A DNA stretch of 64,000 nucleotides from a virus, in IMG/VR virus record IMGVR_UViG_3300009167_000007, positions 6,126 to 70,125 of that record; one strand, written 5' to 3'. The position numbers and the translations under genes were made by a program. Under the pieces are notes generated by a model. The model did no database searches. It saw nothing but the letters and a program-made list of their open reading frames with translations, and had not been told where the DNA came from. Of the stretch, positions 46,722 through 55,269 are shown in pieces; position 1 is the stretch's first letter; the number at the start of each line of letters is the position of its first letter.

Positions 46722-47329
46722 TCACCAGCAACCAGCCTCCCGCAATACCGACTGAAACACAGGCCGGCGGGTTCAGCTTCGTCGTCGAAGTGCAACCCGA
46801 CTGGAACCTGCTCGGATGCAACCTCGAAACGACGAACAACTTCCTGGCCGAACTCATCCCGACTGCGCCGGAAGACTCGATGCTCTACCTCTACCGGCGG
46901 GAGGAAGGATTCGCGATCATCAGCTTCCTCGACGGCCAATGGTCCGAACCCGAGACGACCATCACTCCCGGCACCGGGTTCTGGTTCCGCTCGCCTGTCC
47001 ACACGTGGCTGGAGTTCAGAGGCGAAGTCGTCACCGGGACCAACACCGTGACGCTGGCGAGGGATTACAACCTCGTGGCCTGCCCCGTGACACGCTCGGG
47101 CAATGTCTCATCGGAACTCGGATTCGAGCCCGACGACGGCGACATGATCTACCAGTACGTGCCGAAGGTGCCCGACGACCCGGCCTATCCCGGCTACTAC
47201 GTCACGAGCACCTTCGACGGCATCTGGCTCCCCCGCCAGCCGTTCCTTGGTATCGGCAGCGGAATGTGGATCAGGCGACAAAAGGTCGGCTCATGGACAG
47301 CGAACACGACTCCGATTTCCGGACGATGA
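46718..47329 (+). CDS. Two-repeat beta protein (W/YNL..P..G..W..G.G.W repeats)
   Basis: Internal duplication; paralogous to the C-terminal half of the next gene. Confidence 0.7.
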   Translation: MITSNQPPAIPTETQAGGFSFVVEVQPDWNLLGCNLETTNNFLAELIPTAPEDSMLYLYRREEGFAIISFLDGQWSEPETTITPGTGFWFRSPVHTWLEFRGEVVTGTNTVTLARDYNLVACPVTRSGNVSSELGFEPDDGDMIYQYVPKVPDDPAYPGYYVTSTFDGIWLPRQPFLGIGSGMWIRRQKVGSWTANTTPISGR

Positions 47330-48291
47330 TGCGCACCATCCAATTCGGTGTCAGCGCGATGGCGTGCGCCGCCCTTGCGCTGAGCGCGGATTACGGGCTG
47401 TGGCCCGACGGGATTCTTGACGTACCGACCGTTCAAGGCGCGGGGCTGGCGACGGTAGCCTACGACGCCGACGTCGACACGTCACACTTCTGGCTCATCG
47501 GCGATATTCAGGGAGGTCAGGGTTACGTGCTCTCCGGCAATACCGTCGTCAGCCTGCTTGCGCTCAACACCGGGAACTCCGGACCGCGATACATCCGGTT
47601 CTTCGGAGAGTCCATTTTGGCTCCCAACGTCCATTACCGTCTGGGCACAAGCCAGACCAAGGTTGGACCTGGGGCGTCAATCGTCGACCCAATCTTCCTC
47701 TCTGGATCGTTCTGGATCAAGACGAGCACTGACGGAAAGCGGACCTTGATGACCGGACTGGATTTTGGCATCGAGGTACAGGCCGGCTGGAATGTTCTGG
47801 CTCCGCCGCTGGACACGGACGGTGGAACCCTGGCTGACGTGATTCCGGTGGCGCAGGACGGCACCATGGCCTACTTCTCGGACAGCGCTCTCGGATTCAG
47901 GGTATCAACATTCGATTCCGGCGAGTGGCTTCCCGACGGCAAAACCCCTCTGGTCCCGGGAACCGGCGTCATCATCCGGGTGCGCGAGACAGGATGGCTG
48001 ACATTCACCGGGACCGTCATTCGCGAGCCGCGAACCGTGAGGATTGCCAGCGGATGGAACCTCGTGGGGTGTTCGTCCGGACGCCAGGGGTTGCTCCAGA
48101 CAGAACTCGGTTATGCGCCAGTTCCCGGTGATACCGTGATGGACCAGGTAGCTGGAGGATCAGGGTTTCACGCGTACACCTGGGATGGAAACACGTGGGT
48201 TCCAGAGGAACCGCTCATCCTTTCAGGTCATGGCTACTGGATTCAGAGACGTGGTGACCCAGTGGACTGGACGCCGCCGCCAATTCCGTGA
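47326..48291 (+). CDS. Exported protein with the same two-repeat beta domain
   Basis: ATGA coupling; signal-like N-terminus; GWNVL..PGTG and GWNLV..GHGYW repeats. Confidence 0.7.
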   Translation: MMRTIQFGVSAMACAALALSADYGLWPDGILDVPTVQGAGLATVAYDADVDTSHFWLIGDIQGGQGYVLSGNTVVSLLALNTGNSGPRYIRFFGESILAPNVHYRLGTSQTKVGPGASIVDPIFLSGSFWIKTSTDGKRTLMTGLDFGIEVQAGWNVLAPPLDTDGGTLADVIPVAQDGTMAYFSDSALGFRVSTFDSGEWLPDGKTPLVPGTGVIIRVRETGWLTFTGTVIREPRTVRIASGWNLVGCSSGRQGLLQTELGYAPVPGDTVMDQVAGGSGFHAYTWDGNTWVPEEPLILSGHGYWIQRRGDPVDWTPPPIP

Positions 48292-48449
48292 AACGACCCC
48301 TGACATGGTGTGCTACGGTGGTGGCTTTTCTGGCGCTCATCTTCCTGATTCTGGGGTGCGCGTTCAGGACGAATCAGTCTTTCGGCTGGGATGTGTTTGG
48401 CAAGTATCACAGCACGCACCAGACCAATGCGGTGAAGCCACACAAATGA
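48288..48449 (+). CDS. 53-aa lipoprotein (below ORF-track cutoff)
   Basis: GTGA coupling; MKRPLTWCATVVAFLALIFLILG-C lipobox-like. Confidence 0.6.
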   Translation: MKRPLTWCATVVAFLALIFLILGCAFRTNQSFGWDVFGKYHSTHQTNAVKPHK

Positions 48450-48518
48450 TTTGACGTAGCGGCGGGGCGGGTGCATCGTGTCTTCACTCGACCGGATGAC
48501 CCGGGAGTGAACAACCGT

Positions 48519-49148
48519 ATGAACAAACACATCACCGCACTCGTTTCTGCATCCGCACTCGCCCTTCTGTCTGTTTCCACCTCCGCCGCCCTGTTTGGTA
48601 ATCCCAGCGTGGCGATCTACCCCCCGGCCACTCCGGCTGTCCTGGGACCCTTGGTCACAACCCTCAGTTCGTCCGTCGTGGACGACAACGGCAACTTCGC
48701 TGCCACTTTGACGACCGCCGTCCACTCGGGCGGTTCCAACCCGCTGGGCGGGCTCACCTTCGTTTACACGCTCAGCAACGACCTGCTGCCTCCCAGCAAC
48801 CGAGATGACGTGTACGCCTTCTCCGTCACCTGGAATCCGGCTTGGATTCCTGCTGTGATTGATGTGGATACCGCCGCGGGTGCCGGCGTCGTTCCCTTCA
48901 GCTTCGGCTTTGGACCCAACGGAGTCGTCTTCGCCTTCAACTTCGTCTCCTTGGTGGCTGGGGCGACTTCCGTGCCAATCGCCGTGGGCACTGCCGCTCC
49001 ATTGTGGACCACCAGCAATGCAGGCATCATCAACGGGACCACGGAGGATGCGGTGGCGCTGGTGCCCGTGCCTGAGCCGTCCACCTTCGCCGGCTTGTTC
49101 GCCCTGGGCCTTGCCGGGTTTGCCGCTTTCCGACGTTTTCGGTGCTGA
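48519..49148 (+). CDS. PEP-CTERM sorting-domain protein
   Basis: Signal peptide; canonical VPEPSTFAGLFALGLAGFAAFRRFR tail. Confidence 0.92.
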   Translation: MNKHITALVSASALALLSVSTSAALFGNPSVAIYPPATPAVLGPLVTTLSSSVVDDNGNFAATLTTAVHSGGSNPLGGLTFVYTLSNDLLPPSNRDDVYAFSVTWNPAWIPAVIDVDTAAGAGVVPFSFGFGPNGVVFAFNFVSLVAGATSVPIAVGTAAPLWTTSNAGIINGTTEDAVALVPVPEPSTFAGLFALGLAGFAAFRRFRC

Positions 49149-49171
49149 GGGTAGGGTACGCTAAGTGCGCA

Positions 49172-49212
49172 CGCCCCGGCGGGGTTCGTCTCCTCCGGGG
49201 CGGTTTTGTTTT
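49172..49212 (+). terminator. Rho-independent terminator
   Basis: cgccccgg/ccggggcg stem followed by gttttgtttt, between convergent genes. Confidence 0.75.
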
Positions 49213-50771
49213 CAGCCCCCACCGACGATGATCAGACTCGGTGCCTGGCTCTCGTAGCTGCTGGAATTCCATCCACGCATCTCGCACTCCAGCAACGGGT
49301 AGGACAGCGAGTCGAAGACGTGGATGTGTCCCGCCACGGTCTTCTTCGGAGCCAGCGCATCTTCCTTCTTGGATTCCAGCATCAGGAGCATGTCCTTCGT
49401 CGCCGGGCACATGGCGCTGACCAGGAGCGCGTCACTGGCGAGAAGACCCTGAACCAGCCGGACACGAGTCCCGACGCTGCCAGCACCCTTGGGGCACCCG
49501 CGCATGCGCATCTGGGGAATCTTGTGGACCAGGGAAGCCTTGTTGAACTCCTTCTCGAATTCCCACGCGTCCAGTGATCCCGAGCCTCCCGGACGCCACT
49601 GGTTCAGAGCCGAATCGTCCGTGACGTGCTCCCATGCAATGTTCCGGCCCATGAACTTGTTCCAGTCCAGAATCCGCTCCACGATTTCCACGGCCATGTT
49701 CTTGTAGAGAATCTGCTCGCGCAGGTGGACCACCTCGTCGAACACCACCCAGACGTTTCCGGTTTCAGACGGAACCAACTGGAGGAACGTGGCGGAGCTG
49801 AACCGCTGTCCAAGGTCATACCCCACGAAGCACGGCAAGCCAGCCATTGGCGTCAGTCCGGTTCCCGCCAGCGCATCCCCGATGACGTGCCGGTCCGGGA
49901 CAAAGTGCATCCGGAACAGCGCCTCACCGGTCGGGCGCTCAACCCACTTCCCTTCGATGAGCCGGGCGCGCTCGATGGGGTCGTTCCGCACCGCACGCTC
50001 CAGCGTCTCCAGGTATCGCGCCATTTCCGGTCGGTGGGCGTTCTCGGAGAACGGGATGTGGTAGTTGGCGAAGTGCTTGTCCATCGCCCCGGTTTCCTTG
50101 TCCACGGATTCCTCGAAGAAGACCTGGTACACCCAGTTGGACGGCCCTTTCGGGTTGCAGGTGGCGACGTACTGCTGCGGTCCCTGGATGTGCCGGCGGC
50201 GGTTCATTTGACCCGTGATGGTCGTGAAGTATCCGCGCCCTTCGCAGTCCGTCAGCTCATCCGCCAGCACAAAGGACGGGTGGACGCCCTTGATGCGCCC
50301 GGGGATCGCCTCCTCGTAGGGTATCGAAATCTGAAGGATCGTGGACCAGCCGCCGTGACGGTTCCCGATCTTGAGCACCCGGTCCTTCGTCTGGGCATCG
50401 AGCTTTGATGGCAGCCAGTCAAGGGAAATGCCGTCTGTCCAGGCCGGAAGAACCAGCGTCTCCAGGTCGTGGACGCAGCCGAACTTCCCGGTGCGGATGG
50501 ACGGCGTGATGATGACCCCGAGGGCATCCCATTCCTCGTAGCAATGCCGGATCAGCTTGTGCTCGGCTGCGATGCTTTTCCCGGTGCCCTTCTCCGACGC
50601 AATCAGGATGAACGGGGTTGGATCATGGAAGATCAGGCGCTGGGTTTTGCTCAGGTCCGGCTCCCAACCGCCAATTTCCTCAGCCTTGTGCGGTGGCCTG
50701 GGCGGCTCAAAGTCCAGCATTTCGGCAGCAGCTACAGCAGCAAGCTCGTCGGAAGTCAGTGTTGTGGTCAT
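49212..50771 (-). CDS. terL: Terminase large subunit
   Basis: Walker A EKGTGKS, Walker B VLADE, TCNP motif, nuclease GYDLG and HVFDSLSY. Confidence 0.9.
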   Translation of the reverse strand: MTTTLTSDELAAVAAAEMLDFEPPRPPHKAEEIGGWEPDLSKTQRLIFHDPTPFILIASEKGTGKSIAAEHKLIRHCYEEWDALGVIITPSIRTGKFGCVHDLETLVLPAWTDGISLDWLPSKLDAQTKDRVLKIGNRHGGWSTILQISIPYEEAIPGRIKGVHPSFVLADELTDCEGRGYFTTITGQMNRRRHIQGPQQYVATCNPKGPSNWVYQVFFEESVDKETGAMDKHFANYHIPFSENAHRPEMARYLETLERAVRNDPIERARLIEGKWVERPTGEALFRMHFVPDRHVIGDALAGTGLTPMAGLPCFVGYDLGQRFSSATFLQLVPSETGNVWVVFDEVVHLREQILYKNMAVEIVERILDWNKFMGRNIAWEHVTDDSALNQWRPGGSGSLDAWEFEKEFNKASLVHKIPQMRMRGCPKGAGSVGTRVRLVQGLLASDALLVSAMCPATKDMLLMLESKKEDALAPKKTVAGHIHVFDSLSYPLLECEMRGWNSSSYESQAPSLIIVGGG

Positions 50772-50866
50772 GTGGCGGTGATTGACGTCTCGCCACTGTT
50801 ACCGTAAAGGTGGGGTGTCGCCAAGCAGGTAACCACTTGGCGAGGATTGAAACGATTGAAACGATC

Positions 50867-51205
50867 ATGAACCCCAACAAGTTGAGCCTTTCGCTCACCG
50901 GAAACGACGAACTCAGGCAGGGCATGGCTGAAATTGCCCCTGGAGACGAGGTGGAACTGGAAATCACGGCGACGCTGGATGAATCCACAGGTGAGCAGGC
51001 CAGCTTCAGCGTTGTCGAGGCCAACATCATCGAGTCCGAACCGATGGAGGGCGAGGGAGAGACCGAGGAAATGGAGGAGGAGCCCGGAATGGGGGAAGGC
51101 GCGCCAATGATGGAGGGAGCCGGACCGCCGATAGCAGCCAGGGGGGCAAAGGGAAAACGCGGCGGAACCGTGGCGATTCTTTTCGGCGGCGGAGGCAAGG
51201 CGTAG
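50867..51205 (+). CDS. Small acidic protein
   Basis: ATG at 50867; first gene of the head operon. Confidence 0.6.
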   Translation: MNPNKLSLSLTGNDELRQGMAEIAPGDEVELEITATLDESTGEQASFSVVEANIIESEPMEGEGETEEMEEEPGMGEGAPMMEGAGPPIAARGAKGKRGGTVAILFGGGGKA

Positions 51206-51252
51206 CCAGCACAGCCATTCCAGATGATGCCTCTCCGGAATCCATCCGCTGG

Positions 51253-51525
51253 GTGTTCCACTACCGAAAAATCGGCGTGTGGGGAGGATGGTCTTGGGAT
51301 CGCGTCACCAAGTGCCTTCGGCTTCTGGGCATCTCGTTTCGTGAAATGGCTGCGTCATGCGCCGTACCTCCGCAGACTGCCAAGATCTACGAAACCAGGT
51401 GCAATGCCGGATACGGAAAACTTCCCAGCCACCTCGCGCTCCTGTTCCACCTGCGCGAGCAGCAATGGCTCCAAGACCACGGTATAACCCCATCCCTTCA
51501 TGCCACTGAATTACCAGGTTCTTGA
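51253..51525 (+). CDS. Small HTH-like protein
   Basis: LGISFREMAASCAVPPQTAKIYE. Confidence 0.45.
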   Translation: MFHYRKIGVWGGWSWDRVTKCLRLLGISFREMAASCAVPPQTAKIYETRCNAGYGKLPSHLALLFHLREQQWLQDHGITPSLHATELPGS

Positions 51526-53737
51526 CAAGTGCGGCACCACGGCTGAACGGCTCCGTCAGATTTTCACCGCGAGTGCGAAAACGCTCTCCCCTGACGCCAC
51601 CGATGAACAGAAGGAGGAAAACCGACTCGACTGCGAGGTGCGCACCAAGCTCGACGACCTGATCGCGTCCCGCATCGACGAATCCATCCTGCGGAACCTC
51701 AAGTCGTCGCACATGATCGCGGCGGTCGATCTGGCGTGGGACTCGTCCGTCATCACGAAAAGAACCATCCCGCTGGTCATGTACGCGCAGGGGAGAATCG
51801 ATCAACGGGCGTGCATGACGAGCCTGAACCAGCTTCAGTGCGCAGACCAGTACGTGAAGAAAAAGTCGGATGGCGGCTACGAAATTGACCTTCCGAAATT
51901 CACGGAGGTCAACGTGAACATGATGCGGTCCATCATCTCGCGCCGCGTTGCCGCCCAGTCTTCGCGCTACAGCAACCTCTATCCGTTCTTCCGCTACGAT
52001 GCCCGTGGAACCGACGAGGTGTCCAAGTTGCAGGCCGACTTGTTGTCGCAGCGCACGGACATCATGTGCGATCAGTTCGGGTATCGCGAGATGCAGGTCC
52101 AGTGGATGCGCGACATGCTCCTCTATCCGTTCTGCATGGTTTTTCCATCCTGCCAGTGGCAACGGGACGTGGAGTGGATCGATGACGATGCGCTGAAGGC
52201 GGAGGAGTTCAAGACGGGCAGCGTCAAAATCGCCACCCGCGTGAAACGCGAAGGGGTTCCGATGATTGCACCGCACCCCAGCCGGTGCTTCGCGGATGCT
52301 GCCTATCCGATCCAGTCCATCAACACCGACTCCGGCTGCGAGTGGTTTGGATTCTGGGACGTGGTCCGCTACGGAACCATCCTGGACAACCCGGACTATT
52401 TCAACCGCTCTGAGGTCAGCTATGGCCAGTATGGAAACGAGTGGTTCAGTTCTTTTGCGAATTACTTCTCCCAATACTACACCACGATTCAGCCTCCGGT
52501 TCCAAGTGACGAGTTCTCCGGGTTCAACATGCGCAAGGGGAACTTCGACCGCTACACGGCGGCGATGCGCGACAGCTCGGTGTACCTCATCCATTTCTAC
52601 GTCAAGATGGTTCCCAACCAGTGGCGCATGGGGAATTATCCCTGGCCCATCTGGCTGCACCTCACTGTGGCCAACAGCCGCACGGTGATTCACGCCGAGA
52701 TCATGCCTGACTGCCCGGGATTCGTGTTCGCCTACAACACCAGCGCGCAGCGGGCAGTGAATCTGTCGATGGCGCACGAACTTCTTCCGTTCCAGGACCA
52801 GCTCACGAACCTTTTCTCCCAGCTCCTGGAGTGCTGCAAGCGGGACCTGTACAGCGTCGCCCTTCTCAACCTCGACGCATTTCCAGCCGAGAATCCGGAT
52901 TCCAAGAAGGCGCTGGAGCAGTTCCGCGAGGCGATGCGCTCGGAGAACTTCTACGCCGCGATGTCCATTCTGGAGTTCAGCCTGTCCAAGATGCGCGATC
53001 TCGGCGTGAACATGGACAGCATCTTTACGGTCATCCGGCAGCCGTCGAACACCCAGATGAACGTCATCATCAACTGCATTTCGCAGACGCTGATGATGGC
53101 TGAGCGCGTCATGGCGCTGTCGCCGCAGGAACAGGCCCAGCTCAGCCCGAGGGAGACCTCGGCGACGGAAGTGCAGATCATCGCCGGCACCACGGAGAAC
53201 GTGTACCAGTTCATCTCGGACGCCATCGACAATGCCCGGGCGGCCATGAAGCGGTACGTGTACAACGCGCTGATCTCCTTCGGATCGTCCACGGTTACCC
53301 TTCCCGTGCTGAAGCGTTACCGACTCGAAACCGTGCTCCGCGCCGGATTCGCCAAGGAATCACTGTCCGCCATGGATGAGAACGAGCCCGGATACACCGT
53401 GACCGGGGACAAGAAGTATCTCATTGGCGAGTACATCTTCACCACACGTGACGGAGCTGAGCGCGCCTCGAACATCCAGTCGGCGCAGACGCTGGTTCAA
53501 CTTCTGGGAGTTCTTATGCAGCCGCAGGTACTGGCCATGCTGACGAAGTCCCAGTTTTCGGACGTCCTGAATACGATTCTCAGGCAGTCTGGAGCTGGAG
53601 CTGACATCGTGATCGAGCCGGCTCCTGGTGAGGAGAATCAACCAGCCGCCGGTGCAAATCCAGCTCAGGCCACGATGCCAAACCAGGGACCACCGCCAGC
53701 CGAAGCCACCGAGCCGACCCAGCTTCCAACGTCATAA
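51500..53737 (+). CDS. Portal protein
   Basis: 745 aa between terL and scaffold/capsid; LLPFQDQLTNL and ETSATEV motifs like podoviral portals. Confidence 0.75.
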   Translation: MPLNYQVLDKCGTTAERLRQIFTASAKTLSPDATDEQKEENRLDCEVRTKLDDLIASRIDESILRNLKSSHMIAAVDLAWDSSVITKRTIPLVMYAQGRIDQRACMTSLNQLQCADQYVKKKSDGGYEIDLPKFTEVNVNMMRSIISRRVAAQSSRYSNLYPFFRYDARGTDEVSKLQADLLSQRTDIMCDQFGYREMQVQWMRDMLLYPFCMVFPSCQWQRDVEWIDDDALKAEEFKTGSVKIATRVKREGVPMIAPHPSRCFADAAYPIQSINTDSGCEWFGFWDVVRYGTILDNPDYFNRSEVSYGQYGNEWFSSFANYFSQYYTTIQPPVPSDEFSGFNMRKGNFDRYTAAMRDSSVYLIHFYVKMVPNQWRMGNYPWPIWLHLTVANSRTVIHAEIMPDCPGFVFAYNTSAQRAVNLSMAHELLPFQDQLTNLFSQLLECCKRDLYSVALLNLDAFPAENPDSKKALEQFREAMRSENFYAAMSILEFSLSKMRDLGVNMDSIFTVIRQPSNTQMNVIINCISQTLMMAERVMALSPQEQAQLSPRETSATEVQIIAGTTENVYQFISDAIDNARAAMKRYVYNALISFGSSTVTLPVLKRYRLETVLRAGFAKESLSAMDENEPGYTVTGDKKYLIGEYIFTTRDGAERASNIQSAQTLVQLLGVLMQPQVLAMLTKSQFSDVLNTILRQSGAGADIVIEPAPGEENQPAAGANPAQATMPNQGPPPAEATEPTQLPTS

Positions 53738-53740
53738 TCT

Positions 53741-55138
53741 ATGCCAGAACCAGGAGAGCTGCCGACCGTCAAACCGGAGGCAGGCAGTGGAACGGAAACG
53801 CCCACCGCTACCCCATCACCGCAATCAGCTCAGGAACAAAAACCAGAGCAGCCGGCCAAGCAGCCAGAGACGATACTGGACGACCCCATCATGGCGTCGC
53901 TGGCAGAAGACCTCAAGGAGCTGCTGAAGGTCGAGAAAAGCGCGGACAAGCTTCCGGTCATCAAACCCGTAGAAGAAGCCCAGGCAACCACGCCAAATCC
54001 GGAGACCGTGAAAGTCCAGGAACCGGTGAAGGGTGCCGTAAAGAAGCGATCTGATCCCGCGAAGGTTGCTTCCGAAGTGTTCGACCGGAAGATGGAAGAA
54101 TTGAAGGGGAAGGAGAATCTTCCACCGCTTCCAGCAAAACCTGCCGAACAGCCGAAATCAGATGACACCAGCGACCTGACCGACGAGCAGCTCGAAGAAC
54201 TGGCAGATGCCGAGTACGCCGAGCAGTCCGGATCAGAGAAGTTCAAGGGCTTCAAAGAGAAGATCCGCACCTTCTACCGCAAGGTAGACGAATGGGTGAA
54301 ATCGCACGAATCGGACGCGGAGCGCACGTTTGACGACACCGACGATGAGTTCAAGGAGTTCGTCAACAAGATCAGGCCGGACTGGTCCGGGCAGCGGGAC
54401 CGGTTTCGCATCGAGCGCATTTCCGAGGCGAAGGCGGAGCAGAAACTGAAGGCCCGGGAGAAGGAGACGGAGAACAAAATCAACGAGGCTCACCGGGAGG
54501 CCCGCGAGGCGAGATACGCCCCCAAGATTCAGGGCATCGTTTCCTCAATCACGGCAAAGTACGACGAGGAAACCAAGTCCGACGATCCGCTGGAGCGCGA
54601 GGTGTTCGACACGTATCGGAATGCGTCCGCCGAGCTGTGCAGCGATTACCTGAGAATTCTCCATGGCATCGACACGATCAGTGAGAACAACCCGCCACCT
54701 GTGCGTCAGCGCCATGACTGGCTGGTGAACTTCGTTGTGAGTTCGGCTGAAGAACACGCCAAACGCAAGCCGGAGGAAACCATGCGTGATGGCAAGAAGT
54801 TCGTGACTCCAGCCAAGATGGCTGTATTGCGCAACTCGAAAAACCACGAAGCCGAGGAATCATGGACATTTTCACCCGAGGATGTGCTGGAAATGATCCG
54901 CCTGAAAGCCATCGAGTTGGCCAAAGCAGACATCAAAAAGGAGGAAAGCCGGATTGTGAGGCGTGGATTTGTCAGGGTCAAACCTTCTGCTTCGTCCAAA
55001 CAGGCAGAAAATCCACAGCCAATGAATCCTCCGAAGGTGATTTCCCCTCCATCACACGGAGTACCGGAAGCCTCTACCACAAGCGGTGAACCTCATTTAG
55101 GACGGGAGATTGTGGCTGAGCTTGGTCTAGATCGCTGA
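53741..55138 (+). CDS. Capsid scaffolding protein
   Basis: Acidic, Pro-rich, helical; between portal and capsid. Confidence 0.6.
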   Translation: MPEPGELPTVKPEAGSGTETPTATPSPQSAQEQKPEQPAKQPETILDDPIMASLAEDLKELLKVEKSADKLPVIKPVEEAQATTPNPETVKVQEPVKGAVKKRSDPAKVASEVFDRKMEELKGKENLPPLPAKPAEQPKSDDTSDLTDEQLEELADAEYAEQSGSEKFKGFKEKIRTFYRKVDEWVKSHESDAERTFDDTDDEFKEFVNKIRPDWSGQRDRFRIERISEAKAEQKLKAREKETENKINEAHREAREARYAPKIQGIVSSITAKYDEETKSDDPLEREVFDTYRNASAELCSDYLRILHGIDTISENNPPPVRQRHDWLVNFVVSSAEEHAKRKPEETMRDGKKFVTPAKMAVLRNSKNHEAEESWTFSPEDVLEMIRLKAIELAKADIKKEESRIVRRGFVRVKPSASSKQAENPQPMNPPKVISPPSHGVPEASTTSGEPHLGREIVAELGLDR

Positions 55139-55215
55139 TAAGACCAATCAGTCACAAAAAATCAGGTCGTTCTGAAAAGCCTGGAAATCGACCAATTTCC
55201 ACTTTTCGTTGTGAA

Positions 55216-55231
55216 ACCCTGAAGTCAGGGT
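55216..55231. promoter_or_regulatory. Palindrome ACCCTG-AAGT-CAGGGT, copy 3
   Basis: In the intergenic gap, 38 nt before the major capsid ATG. Confidence 0.7.
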
Positions 55232-55269
55232 TCAACTGATCCGAACGCAGATAACAGAGATCAATCGCT

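Noticed and set aside
44623-48291. Diversity-generating retroelement acting on the repeated surface genes
   Set aside because: No reverse transcriptase in the window and no near-identical template/variable repeat pair differing at adenines
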